From Malacoraja senta (lineage: Eukaryota), in NCBI GenBank assembly GCA_038087875.1, contig CM075988.1, forward strand, positions 21,640,001 to 21,704,000: a DNA stretch of 64,000 bases. The letters are read 5' to 3'. The notes beneath the pieces were generated by a model. It saw only the letters and a program-made list of their open reading frames with translations. It had not been told where the DNA came from and searched no databases. Positions 37,089-50,104 of this stretch are shown here, piece by piece. A program made the position numbers and the translations under genes. The stretch's first letter is position 1. Each line of letters opens with the position of its first letter.

Positions 37089-37116
37089 CTGAAGAAGGGT
37101 CTCGACCCGAAACGTC
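37089..37116 (+). ncRNA. Minimal hammerhead motif (Penelope terminal module)
   Basis: Intact CTGAAGAAGGGTCTCGACCCGAAACGTC. Confidence 0.7.
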
Positions 37117-37361
37117 ACCCATTCCTTCTCTCCAGAGATGCTGCCTGTCCCGCTGAGTTACTCCAAAATACGTACTGCAAACAAAACAATGCCCATAGTT
37201 ACTGACTTTAGTGTTGTGCAGTGTTCCAGGGTCTGATGGTTGCTGAGAAGAAGCTGTTCTTGAACCTGGAGGTCACGGTTCTTAGGATCCTGCACCTTCC
37301 TCCCGATGGTAGTAGTGGGATGAGAGCATGGCCAGGTTGGTGTGGGCCTTTGATAATCTTA

Positions 37362-37684
37362 AAGCCCTGTCCCACGGTACGAGTTCATTCCAAGAGCTCT
37401 CCCGAGTTTAAAAAAAATCAAACTCGTGGTAAGCACGGAGAATGAACGTAGCGGGTACGTCGGAGCTCGGGGACGTCTCTTAGCGCTAACGGCAGGTACT
37501 CGGGAAGACTCGCTAACGGCAGGTAAGCACGGGAAGACTCGTGATGATTTTTCAACATGATGAAAAATGTCCACGAGAGCCCCGAGTACCGACGAGTTAC
37601 GGCCATTACCGTAAATCTCCGAGTTCGAATCAGGGCAAAGTCGGGAGAACTCTTGGAATGAACTCGTACCGTGGGACAGGGCTA
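37362..37684. mobile_element. PIF/Harbinger-type MITE
   Basis: TIR AGCCCTGTCCCACGGTACGAGTTCATTCCAAGAG and its reverse complement; TTA TSD (37359-61, 37685-87). Confidence 0.9.
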
Positions 37685-39305
37685 TTAGGCCGCAACTCTA
37701 CTGCTGTGCCACCGTGCCACCTGCTGGGTCTGTAGCCCGGTGTGCCATAACTCACCCATATAACCTATCTCCAGTGCCAGCTCTGTGGAGGTGTGCTTCA
37801 CAACTCTCCAGTCTAACCCAACTCCAGTCTGTAGCCCTGTGGTTCACAGTGCCCCAGTCTAATCCCACCTCCCAGCACCACTATCTCGGCCCCACAAGGC
37901 CGTGACCTCTGTTGGTCCGGCAGAACGGATAATCCGGAAAGGCTCTGGAACCAAGGTCGTTCGTTTAGTAAGGAGATGAGGAGAAATTTCTTCAGTCACA
38001 GGGTGGTGAATCTGTGGAATTCTTTGTCACAGAAGGCTGCGGAGGCCAAGTCAGTGGATATGTTTAAGGCAGAGATAGAGATGGATAGATTCTTGATTAA
38101 GTACGGGTGTCAGGGGTTATGGGGAGAAGGCAGGAGAATGGGGTTAGGAGGTAGAGATAGATCAGCCATCATTGAATGGCGGAGTAGACTTGTTGGCCCA
38201 AATGGCTTAATTCTACTCACATCACTTATGACCTTATGAAAATCGGTGGCGGACCTGTAGCCATGCCCTGCGTGTGCTGATACATGGTCTGTGCTGGAAA
38301 TGTGGCTTTCAGATTGATCTGAGGTCACTGCAGTCCTCCTAAGGTCAGCGATCGATGATCGGAAGCTGACCTGAGGATGGCCGCAGCATCACCAACACAA
38401 GAGTTTATTGATTCAGGTCAGATCCAGGCCTCCCAACGTTGACCTCCCTCCGTGGAGTGATTTAAAGCCTTCACTTCCAGAAAGCTGATTGGCTTAGTCT
38501 CTGAAGGAAGATGGAAGGGGGTGTCATGGCAACTGGTGCAAAGAGTGATGCATTATTTAAATCTGCTTTAAAAAAGCATTAGGCAGAGATCCGGAGCCAT
38601 GAGGTTGGTAGAAGGTGGACACAATCATTTGCTGCAGTTGAGTGTAGGCAGGAACTGCAGATGCTGGTTTAAACTGAAGATAGACACAAGATGCTGGAGT
38701 AAATCAGCAAGACAGGCAGCATGATAGACTTCAAAAAATGCCATACCTCACGTTTGTCTGTATTAAATGCCATCCACCCTTCCTCAGCCCACCAGGCCAA
38801 ATCCATCAAGTTCTGTGTTCATATATTGTTCAAACTGGAGTTATGCATTTTTAATTGATATCCATATTGTATTATATTGAAAGTGGGTCACCTTGGCATC
38901 AGGCCCAGGCTGTGAGCAGCCTTGTAACTTTCATTTTGGGGACAGACTTGTAGACTTTAGACTTTGAGCACAGAAACAGGCCACTTTGGCCCACCGATTC
39001 TGCTCCGACCAGCGAACACCACATACACAAGCACAATCCTACACACTAGGGACAATTTACAATTCAAGAGTCTCACATAGGACAGGTTTGTAGGTTAAAT
39101 GTCTTCGGTAAAGATTGTAAAGCTCACTTCAACAGAGATCAACGAGTTTAGTTTATTTATTGAGCGTGGAAACAGGCCCTTCAGCCCAAAGATACTAGCT
39201 CCTCTAGTATCTTTGCTTCAGCCCACCGAGACCACGCCGACCATTGATCACTCTGTACACTCGTTCTATCCTACACACGAGGGACAATTTACAGAAGATG
39301 CTCTG

Positions 39306-39618
39306 GCCGGCATGGTGGTTCAGTGGTAGAGTTGCTGCCTCACAGGGCCAGAGACCCGGGTTCCATCCTGACTACAAGTGCTGTCTGTACGGAGTTTGTA
39401 CGTTCTCCCCGTGACCGCGTGGGTTTTCAACGAGATCTTCGGTTTCCTCTCGCGCTCCAAAGACTTACAGGTTTGTAGGCTAATTGGCTTGGTGCAATTG
39501 TAAAATTGTCCCTAGTGTGTGTCGGATAGTGTTACTGTGCGGGGATCGCTAGCCGGTGCGGACTTGGTGGGCCGAAGGGGCTGTTTACGCGCTGTATATC
39601 CAAACTAAACTAAACTAA
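39306..39618 (+). mobile_element. HE1-like V-SINE
   Basis: Head, V-domain and (CTAAA)n tail. Confidence 0.8.
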
Positions 39619-39867
39619 AGTAAGATAATTAACCTCCAAACCTGCACATCTATGGATTGTGAGAGGAAAACCAGAGCACCTGGAGGAAACCCACACAGGT
39701 CACGGGGAGAACGTAGAAACTCCGTACAGACAGCACCCGTAGTCGGGATCTCTGGCGCTGTTGGGCAGCAACTTTACCATTATGCCACTGTGGGTCACTA
39801 ATACAAAAACTGCTGTCTGTCTTGGAAGATCAAGGGACATTTGACTTGAAAATATCTCCAACAGTAA

Positions 39868-40142
39868 TGGGCCTGTCCCACTTACGCGATTTTTTTCGGC
39901 GACTTGCCGGCACCCGTCATAGTCGCAGCAGGTGGCCGAAAATCTTCAACGTTGTAAATCCAGCAGCGACCAGAAAAAGGTACGGCTCTTCGGGCGACTA
40001 CTCACGACCATACAGGCGTCACTTGTTGATATGTCGCGGGGTGACGCCTACATGGTCGTGAGTAGTCGCCCAAAGAGTCGTACCTTTTTCTGGCAGGTGC
40101 CGGCAAGTCGCCGAAAAAAATCGCGTAAGTGGGACAGGCCCT
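39868..40142. mobile_element. PIF/Harbinger-type MITE, nearly fully palindromic
   Basis: Perfect ~46-bp TIR GGGCCTGTCCCACTTACGCGATTTTTTTCGGCGACTTGCCGGCACC plus a second internal inverted repeat; TAA/TAC flanks. Confidence 0.9.
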
Positions 40143-40934
40143 TACATCCAAGTCTTTAGTTAATTGCAGCCAGCTAAATGGATCTGACCTTGAGACCATT
40201 CACCATGTAGAAGGAGACTGGAGTGTAAGGGGTTAGTCCGTACAAATCACTCAACTTCCAACTCGATCCATATATGCCGTCCACAATTTTATCCATTGGA
40301 ACATGTCAGTGTTCCGTGGTCAAAATGTATGGTGTTGCTAATAAGGAGAAGAGATGTAGACACAATGAACTTTACCAAAAGAAAAGACACAAAGTGAAGG
40401 AATTGTCTTATCCAGCAGCAATTGAAAACCGACATCACTTTCCATTCAAAGTGCTGGGGTAACTCAGCGGGTCAGGTGACATCCCTAGAGAACAGGTGAT
40501 GTTTCAGGTCGAAACCCTTCTTCAGTCTACAGAAGGGTCCCAGCCCAAAACGTCACCTCTCCAAGATCTCCAGAAATGCTGCCTGACCCGTCGAGTTACT
40601 CCAGCACTTTGAATCGAGAGAGAAGTCTTTTTTCAACTGCTGCAGAATATGACAATTACTACAGCCAGTTTTAACATGACTACTTCAATTTTTGCCTAAA
40701 TACAACTTTACTCCCATTATTATGATACATTAAATGATTAATGCTGCCCCTAACCTTGCTTGTGAAATGCTGTTCTTGTTTAGTCTGACTGAAACAGGGC
40801 TGCAGGACTGACATAATACAGCTGGTTAATGAATTTATGGGGATTACATTTGTATCTGACAGTGAACCTACTGCATTTGAATGCTCATTTATCAGAATGA
40901 TGTCGGTGGTTACTCGTAACCGATAGTTTCTCGG

Positions 40935-41180
40935 TCCCTAGACACCATCCAGGAACCCGGACGGCCCTTTTGGGTGAGGCAGAGGTTCACGTGCACCTCC
41001 TCCAACCTCATCTACTGTATCCGCTGCGTGGACTCCAAAACATAGACGAGACCAAGAGCAAACTGGGCGATCGTTTCGCTGAACACCTTGGTCTACGCGA
41101 TCTCCCGGTTGCCAAAACATTTTAACTCCCCCTCCCATTCCTACACTGTCCTTTCTGTCCTGGGCCTCCTCCATTGTCAC
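40935..41180 (+). mobile_element. Penelope GIY-YIG fragment (degenerate)
   Basis: …VRQRFTCTSSNLIYCIRC…DETKSKLGDRFAEH…HFNSPSHS…VLGLLHC. Confidence 0.75.
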
Positions 41181-43235
41181 GTGGTGCAAGCTCGTTGGGT
41201 AACTGGCAGTGGTGAAGGGGGAAGGTTGGTGCAATGGGAGCCTCGATCAGCTACAACCAAAATCCATTACATAGAGATCTATCATTGCAAGTATTTACTC
41301 TATACAGGTCAAAGCAACGTGTCGGACTGCCTAACCCAATGCAGCAACCTTCTCTTCAATACCAAATGTAATGTTTCTGTTTAAGTCCAGGCCTTATTTT
41401 TCAGAAATGCATGATGTTGCATGGATGTTTCAGAGGCACTTTGAATTAAATTACTCCCTCGTGACTTTGGCCCACACTTTCAAATAATCCCCAACACTTG
41501 CTTTTCAATTCTGGTTGTAAACAAAAAGTAAGTAAATGATCTAACAAAGCTGCAATAATGCATTTTTAGTGACGGTGCCATAAATATTTAATACAGACTT
41601 TGAGTATGTGAATTTTTTTTCAGTTTTGAGTGTTCAGACAATTTTGGTGCTGAAATAAATATGAAAGATTGGAGCAAGGTTATGAAGGGTGTACATACAG
41701 TGAATACTCACAAGTCTTTTACCCAGAGGTTGAGGATTCTAAAACTAGAGGGCACAGTCTTGAGTTGAGAGGAGAGAGATTTAGGAGATACCTTAGGGGC
41801 AACTTTTGCACTCAGAGCATAATCCGTGTCTGGAATGAGCTGCCAGAGAAAGTTATAGAGGCAGATAAAATTACACCTTTTAAAAAGATTAGGACAGTTA
41901 TGCCTTTCAGAAGATTTTATGGATTTAGAAGGATAAGGGTAAATGCAAGCAAATACCACAAGCCTTGTTCATGCCTATTCATGTACCTGTCCAAAATTTA
42001 GATCGCTTGCCTCAACTATTTCCTCTGGCAGCTTGTTCCATACACCTACCACCTGTGAAAAAGGTGCCCCTCAGGTTAAATCTTTCTCCTTTCACCTTGA
42101 ACCTATGTCCTCGATTTTATACATTATACAGTAACTCAGTGCCACTTATAAAGACAGTGCCACATGTGTCTTAAGTTCATATGTTGCAGGAGCAGAACTA
42201 GGCCATTCGGCCCATCAAGTCTCCTCCACCGTTCAATCATGGCTGATCTATCTTTCCCTCTCAACCCCATTCTTCTGCCTTCTCCCCATAAGCCCTGACA
42301 TTTGTACTAATCAAGAACCCAGCAATCTCCACCTTAAAAAATATCCATTGACTTGGCCTCCACAGCCTTCTTGAGCAATGAATTCCACAGCTTCACCACC
42401 CTCTGACTAAGGAAATTCATCCTCATCTTTCTAAAGGTACGTCCTTTTATTCTGAGTCTATGGCCTCTGGTTCTAGACTCCCCCACTAGTGGAAATATCC
42501 TCTCCACATCCACTCTATCCAGGCCTTTCACTTCGGCAAGTTTCAATGGGGTGACCCCTCATCCTTCTAAGCTCCAGTGAGTACAGGCCCAGTGCCGTGA
42601 AATGAACACCAAGGAATAGGAAAGTGATTCTGCTTTGCTGAGAACACATAATCTTTCAACATTTCAAAATCCTAATATGTAATTACGATTTTCCAATAAC
42701 ATTAGAACTTTTTAATTCCGTTAGTCCTGTAATATAAAACTTCTGAGGATAGCATTTTAACAAAATACATAAAAAGCATAAAAATAATATTTGATAGAAT
42801 TTCACATGAGTGACCAAATCAATGAGCCCAAAAATAGTCTTCAGAGGAATTTCAACTTAAGGGAATCGAATGCTACAAGATAATGGCACTTTCACTGTGG
42901 ATAAGGGAATGAAAATTGTATTTGATGCTTGTAAAAAAATGCTACACCAACATAAATTAAATAATTCATCAACAATGCATCTTGTACATTTTTTCTGCAG
43001 ACTAGAAAAATGATTATGATTAATGAAGTATTATAAATAATGAGATCCAAGCATTTTTTTCAATCATATATTTCTTGTTAATTTCAGTGAAGATAAATAG
43101 CAGCGTATATGCCACATATCAGATTTTCTTTATATTTTATACTGAGTCAAAACAGATGTTTAAACTTATAAAATCCAGTGGATAGCTTGTTTTTCTAACA
43201 TTAATGAAGACAAAAGAGACTGCAGAAACTGGACG

Positions 43236-43412
43236 TGTGTAGGAAGGAACTGAGGATGCTGGTTTAAACCGAAGATAGACACAAAATGCTGGAGTAACTG
43301 AGCGACACTGGCAGCATCTCTGGAGGGAAGGAATCGGTGACGTTACGGGTCGGGTCTGAAGAAGGGTCTCGACCCGAAACATCACCCATTCCTTCTCTCC
43401 AGAGATGCTGCC
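43236..43412. mobile_element. Fold-back (inverted) pair of Penelope terminal modules, with a hammerhead core at 43356-43383 (+)
   Basis: A minus-orientation module is followed by a plus-orientation module. GGGT-CTGAAGA…GAAACATC-ACCC gives a 4-bp stem I. Confidence 0.75.
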
Positions 43413-43416
43413 TTAT

Positions 43417-43798
43417 ATGTTTCATTGAAACATATAAGATTGTTCAGGGCTTGGACACGCTAGAGGCAGGAAACATGTTCCCGATGTTGGGGGAGTCCAG
43501 AACCAGGGGCCACAGTTTAAGAATAAGGAGTAAGCCATTTAGAACGGAGAAGAGGAAACACTTTTTCTCAGAGAGAGTGGTGAGTCTGTGGAATTCTCTG
43601 CCTCAGAGGGCGGTGGAGGCAGGTTCTCTGGATGCTTTCAGGATAGGGCTCTTAAAAATAGCGGAGTCAGGGGATATGGGGAGAAGGCAGGAACGGGGTA
43701 CTGATTGGGGATGATCAGCCATGATCACATTGAATGGCGGTGCTGGCTCGAAGGGCCAAATGGCCTACTCCTGCACCTATTGTCTATTGTCTATTGTC
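43417..43798 (+). mobile_element. CR1 LINE 3' fragment
   Basis: IETYKIVQGLD…GHSLRIRSKPFRTEKRKHFFSERVVSLWNSLP; (CTATTGT)n tail. Confidence 0.9.
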
Positions 43799-44462
43799 CA
43801 GCATGTTGTGTCCTTCTGCAGATCTACATCAAAACCACAGAACGATGGAAAGACTCAGTGGTCAATCTGCATTTGTGAAGGAGAAAAGGTGTAAGTCAAT
43901 GCTTCAGGTTGTGAGAAAACCCACGCGGTCACGGGGAGAACGTACAAGCTCGGTTCAGACAGCACCCGAGGTCAGGATCGAAACCGGGTCTTTGGCGCTG
44001 TAGGGCAGTAACTCTACCGCTGCGCCACGGTGCCATATTAACAGTGCCACCAAAGAGTGCTCCAAATCATCGCAGCGTCAGACGTGTGATCATGGTTGAG
44101 AACAGTCTGTTTTCCTTGTTTATTCTTAGTTTGGTGTTAAGACTTATTTTGAAAGATAAATTACCTGGTTCTGTGCTCTCTGAGGGAGCCTGCTAATCTA
44201 TTATGGCCTGAGCAGCGCTGATATCTCCCGACCATTAATTCAGACCAAGTATCGAAGCAATCAGTCAAAATCTTGCTAAGGCTTACTCTTAGATTCATGT
44301 TGTGATCACAGGCAACTCTCCATCATGCCAGATTGGGAACAAGGTGCAGGGGAAATGGGCCATTGCGACGTCCTCCATCCTGAGTCCTGAACCGTTTCAA
44401 CAGGAGAGCCCTGAGATTGTCTTGTCAACACAGCGGAAGCAGATTATTCATTCTCAACTCTA

Positions 44463-44758
44463 GGGCGGCACGGTTACGCACAGCGGTAGAATTGCTGCCT
44501 TACACCACTTACAGCGGTTTCGATCCTGACTACGGGTGCTGTCTGTACGTAGTTTGTACGTTCTCCCCGTGACCTGCGTGGGTTTTCTCCGAGATCTCCG
44601 GTTTCCCCCCACACTCCAATGACGTACAGGTTTGTAGGTTAATTGGCTTGGTATAAATGTGTGTAGGATAGTGTTCGTGTGCGGGAATCGCTGGTCGGCG
44701 CGGACTCGGTGGGCCGTAGGGCCCGTTTCCGCGCTGTATCTCTAAACGAAACTCAACT
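44463..44758 (+). mobile_element. HE1-like V-SINE
   Basis: Head, V-domain and tail. Confidence 0.8.
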
Positions 44759-45285
44759 CATGTCTGTGGACCTCAGCTTCAACTTTAAACAAATAAACGA
44801 GATGAGATTTAATACATCATATACCTCATAAAACATACAGCTCCGACCATTAGTCTAGTGCTTTTTTGCCAATTAAAGGATCGCTACATATTTGTGTCAA
44901 TTTTCAGTGCTAATTGCTTTTATTAATCAAATTAGTTGACAACAGAGGAAAAGTTCACTAGTGTTATATAATTTAGCAAATGATATATTGCGCTATTACT
45001 TTGACAAATATTTTAATAACGTTGAGCAATCAACAGAAGGAACCAGTTCTGAAAGTAGGTTCTGGTGTTATTTTGTTTCGTCTGTGTCTAAAAACTTGCC
45101 CCGCTCATCTCCTTTGAACTTTGCCCCTCACGCATCAAAGCTTTGCCCTCAAGTATTTGATATATCCACTCTGGGATAAAGGTTCTGACTGTTCACCATA
45201 AATATGGCGCTTATAATATTATATACTTCTGTCAGATCTCCCATGTTCATAAGTTCTAGGAGTAGATTTAGGCCATTTGGCCCAT

Positions 45286-45921
45286 AACAAGAGGAATCGA
45301 ATATAGGAGCAAAGAGGCCATTCTGCATTTGTACAGAGCGCTAGTGAGACCTCACCTGGAGTATTGTGTGCAGTTTTGGTCCCCTAATTTGAGGAAGGAC
45401 ATTCTTGCTATTGAGGGAGTGCAGCGTAGGTTTACAAGGTTAATTCCCGGGATGGCGGGATTGTCATATGCTGAGAGAATGGAGCGGCTGGGCTTGTACA
45501 CTCTGGAGTTTAGAAGGATGAGAGGACATCTCATTGAAACATATAAGATTGTTAAGGGTTTGGACACGCTAGAGGCAGGAAATATGTTCCCGATGTTGGG
45601 GGAGTCCAAATCAGGGGCCACAGTTTAAGAATAAGGGGTAAGCCATTTAGAACGGAGATGAGGAAACACTTTTTCTCACAGAGAGTGGTGAGTCTGTGGA
45701 ATTCTCTGCCTCAGAGGGTGGTGGAGGCGGGTTCTCTGGATGCTTTCAAGAGAGAGCTAGATAGGGCTCTTAAAAATAGAGGAGTCAGGGGATATGGGGA
45801 GAAGGCAGGAACGGGGTACTGATTGGGGATGATCAGCCATGATCACATTGAATGGTGGTGCTGGCTCGAAGGGCCGAATGGCCTACTCCTGCACCGATTG
45901 TCTATTGTCTATTGTCTATTG
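45286..45921 (+). mobile_element. CR1 LINE 3' fragment (ORF2 C-terminus with a frameshift)
   Basis: LYRALVRPHLEYCVQFWSPNLRKDILAIEGVQRRFTRLIPG…LYTLEFRRMRGHLIETYK; (CTATTGT)3 tail. Confidence 0.92.
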
Positions 45922-46395
45922 TAACTCTACTCCGCCATTCATTCATGGTTGATCTACCTTTACCTCTAAACCCCATCCTACTGCCTTCTCCCCGTAACCC
46001 CTGACTCCCGCGCTAATCAAATCACCGCAACCTCCAGTGTTCTAGAGAAAACAATCGAAGTCTGCCCGACCCCTCCCTGTAGCTAATACCATCTAACCCA
46101 GGCATAATTCTGGTGAAGATAGACACAAAGTGCTGGAGTAACTCAGTGGGTCAGGCAGCATCTCTGGAGAAAAAAGAATGGGCGACATTTCCTGCTGGAA
46201 CCCTTCCTCAAACTCGAGACGTCACCCATCCTTTATTTCCAGAGATGCTGCTTGACCCGCTGAGTTACCCCAGCACTTAGTGTCTATCTTTGGTATTCCA
46301 GCATCTGCAGTTCTTTGTTTCTACATCATTCTAATAAATCTCCTGTGGACCCTTTCCAAAGCCTCCACGCCCTTCCTACATTGGGACAACCGGAA

Positions 46396-46668
46396 CCTTC
46401 TGAACCTTCTGAATTTTGTAGTCGGCAGGGCAAAATTCTGTACTCTGCATATCGCCAACTTGGACAATTTAACATTTTACCAAGCCAATTAACCTACAAA
46501 CCTGTACGTCTTTGGAGTGTGGGAGGAAACCGAAGTTCTCGGAGAAAACCCACGCAGATCACGGGAGAACGCACAGACTCCATACAGACAGCACCCGTGG
46601 TCGGGATCGAACCTGGGTCTCTGGCGCTGCATTTTGCTGTAAGGCAGCAACTCTACCGCTCTGCCACC
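46396..46668 (-). mobile_element. Alternative-tail V-SINE (copy 3)
   Basis: Same (TTCAGAAGG)2 tail; possible TSD ACCGGAAC at 46389-96 and 46666-73. Confidence 0.75.
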
Positions 46669-49600
46669 GGAACTGCCATCAATACTCCAAACGCCCGGTC
46701 AGATCAAGATCACTGCACTTACAACAACTGGGACTTGAGAATGGAGCCAAGCTGGCGACTCTGTACACTGTCGCAGTGCACCACTGCTATACACTTGTAC
46801 TGTATCAGAGATGTGTATCTAATATGTATCTAAGTGCGAATGTATAGTGATACCTGTACCGAACTGTATACAAAAATGAATTTCACTGTACCTTAGTACT
46901 TGACAAATAAGGTTCCGTACCAGACCATAACAAATGCAGCCTAATATGCTGAATAACATCCCCATTCTCTCTCCCCCTCTCTCTCTCTCTCCCCAGATAT
47001 ATTCTACTCAATAAATCCGCGTCAGTGCCAAGCTGAGTGATTTGCTTGCTCTACCCACAGAGTATAAATCCAGTCCCACGTCAGTGGAAGAGTCCACAGA
47101 ATTATCGGAGCACTTTGCGAAGCTAGCCAACATCAATTTAAATATTCTTCAACATGAGGGATGATATTGATGGCGAACGCCGTCTCAGGCCCTGTGTCAT
47201 TTTTAATTTGAATAACTGTTCCCAACTATGAAGCTGTTACACACTGGCGATTCTCCAGTCCTTTGATGATAAAATATGATCTGTGTATGCGGTGAATCTC
47301 TATAACTAAAACCATGATGCAGTGATGTACGGAGAATGGAGCAGATTGCACCCATTACCAGTCAGAGGAGAGGTGATTATGGGGCACTGCTTTCATGGGG
47401 AACTAGCAGGATTTGCTGATAGTGGGTTTCAGGTTGGATGGTATCAGTTCCTGCAGAACAACAAAATGATTCAGTCAAAGACCCACAACCTTTAGAAGTG
47501 TGTGAAAACGCACGCCTCCAGATTCAGGATTCTGAAGAAAAAGTTGCCCCTCAGGTTTCTATTAAATCTTTCCCCTTCGCCTTAAAGCAATATCCCCTGG
47601 TTTTTGATTCCGCTACCCTGGGGAAAAGATTTTGTGCATTCAACCTATCTATTCTCCTCATGATTCTATACACCTCTATAAGATCAGCCCTCAGCTCCCA
47701 AGGAAAAAAGTCAGAGCCTGCCTTAGCTCTTGCTAAAGCTCAAACCCTTGAGTCTAGGCAACATCCTTGTAGAGCAACATCCGTGAAGAATAATTAGGCT
47801 AATAATTCATAGCTAAGCGAGGAGTGAGTTAACAGGTCTGAAGAAGAGTCTCCCATTCACCCGAACGTCACCCATTCCTTCTCTCCAGAGATGCTGCCTG
47901 TCCCGCTGAGTTACCCCAGCTTTTTTTTGTCTATCTCCAGATCCAAGGACGGTTTCTTCCCGGCTGTTATCAGGCAACTGAATCATCCTACCACAACCAG
48001 AGAACAGTGCTGAACTACTATCTACCTCATTGGTGACCCTCAGACTATCCTTGCCTGGATTTTGCTTGCTTTACCTTGCACTAAACGTTATTCCCTTATT
48101 ATGTATCTGTACACTGTAAATGGATTGATTGTAATCATGTATTGTCTTTCCGCTGACTGGTTAGCACACAACAAAAAGCTTTTCGCTGTACCTCGGTACA
48201 CGTGACAATAAACAGGTATCAACTGATACAAACAAGGAACTACAGATGTTGGTCAATACACAAAAGGACACACAATGCTGGAGTAACTCAGCGGGTCAGA
48301 CAGCATCTCTGGAGAACAAGGACGGGTGACGGGAGAAGAAGGAACGACCGGGGTGGGACAAATCTTCGATTACGTTAGCAGCTTTACTAAGGCAACGTTC
48401 AGTTCAGTTTAGTTTATTGTCACGTGTACTGAGGTACAGTGAGAAGCTTTTGTTGTGTGCGAACCAGTCAGCGGAAAGACGATGCATGATTGCAATCGAA
48501 CCATTTACAGTGTACAGTTACATGATAAGGGCAAGGTAACGCTAGGAAAATAAAGTGTAAATGCAGTCAATGGTGGGATGTCTGGTGTGAGTGAGGGACT
48601 GGGCTACATCTGCGGCTCTCTTGCAATTCCTGCAGTCTTGGGCAGAGCCGTTCCCAAACCAAGCTGTGACGCCACCCGTCAGTACACTTTGTACGCAGCA
48701 TCTCTAGAAGTTTGTATGAGACATGCCGAATCTCTTCAGTCGCGAAGGAGTAGAGGCTTTAGTGTGGCTTCTTGGCTATCGCAGCAATGTGGTTGGTCCA
48801 CGACGGATCCATTGGTAATGTCAACGCCAAAGCTCTCAACCCTGCCCACTTCAGCACCATAGATGCTGATTGGGGCATTACTCCACCACGATTCCTGAAG
48901 GAATTACATTGAGAGTGGGAAATCTGGAACGTTTCCAGGGAATTCCTGGGCACCCTGCACACAGGCCTGACCCTTTACATAATCCTTGGATCATCCCAAC
49001 CCTCCCAGGGCTCTTCCTCTCCTCCGCCTCTGCCAGCCGTTAATTCTACACAGCGCACCAACCCTTCCCTTGGCTCTGGATGACCAACCTGAGTCAGTTT
49101 CTGCTCGAGGTGTCTCTTGCTCTCCTGTTTAGAGGGCTATCAAGTCAAGTCAATTTTATTTCTATAGCACATTTAAAAACAACTCTCGTTGACCAAAGTG
49201 CAGGTACTAAGTGCTACATCCAGTGGTACATAGATCTAACATAGATCATAGATACATACATACAGCGCTCCCTCAGAGGACCTCAAGAAAAGCTTGAGAG
49301 TAGAAATAAGTTTTAAGTCTAGAATTAATGGAGTTGATGGAGGGGGCAGTTCTGATGGGGAGAGGGATGCTGTTTCATAGTCTAGGCACAAGCACATGGG
49401 ACTAGCCTGGATGGGGCATCTTGGTCAGCATGGATGATATGGGCCGAAGGACCTGTGTCAATGCTGTGTGACTCTACGACACCCTTGTATGGTGTTTAAC
49501 AGTTGTGTGGATTGGGCGCTCGCTCGCCCAGGGCCAAGCTTCTGCAGTACACAGGGCGGGTTGAGAAGGAAAAATAGATCAGCTATGATCGAATGGCAGG

Positions 49601-49770
49601 GCAGACTTGATGGGCCGAATGGCCTAATTCTCCTCCTATGTCTTATGGTCTTCAATGGGAAGAGAGATAGAAGTTTAAGTCAGCATGGATAAGATGTGCC
49701 AAAGGGCCTGTTTCTGTGTTGTATAACTCCTTGACTCTTCCACCATTCACCTACACACTAAGGTTAACTT

Positions 49771-49946
49771 CTTCTTGTCGAGTCCACACACAAGATTAGA
49801 AGTTGTTCAGCCAGAGCTGAACACACGTCTCGGCATCTGCGTACACTGGTGTCTGTCTTGTCGCTCCTTGCGTTTCTTGTGCGTGGTGGTGGAAAGATTG
49901 GTGGAAACAGGGCCGCGACGTGAACGCTCTTTCCTTGACCCCATTA
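49771..49946 (-). mobile_element. Family B ribozyme-headed short retroelement (copy 2)
   Basis: 12-bp TSD TAAGG(T/A)TAACTT at 49759-70 and 49947-58; (GAA)n tail; homologous end to end with 6111-6286. Confidence 0.85.
49891..49942 (-). ncRNA. Minimal HDV-like ribozyme, family B (copy 2, all helices intact)
   Basis: Minus strand reads GGGGTC AA GGAAAGA GCG TTCACGT CGC GGCCCT G TTTCCA CCAA TCTTTCC. Confidence 0.85.
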
Positions 49947-50104
49947 TAAGGATAACTTACAGTGGCTGATGAACCGACCAACCTGCACGACCTTGGAATG
50001 TGGGAGGAAACCAGAACAACTAGAGGAAGCCATAGAGAGAGTGTGCAAACTCCACACAGGCAGCACCCACTGTTCCAACACTCTTCCATTCACAACCTTT
50101 CTCT

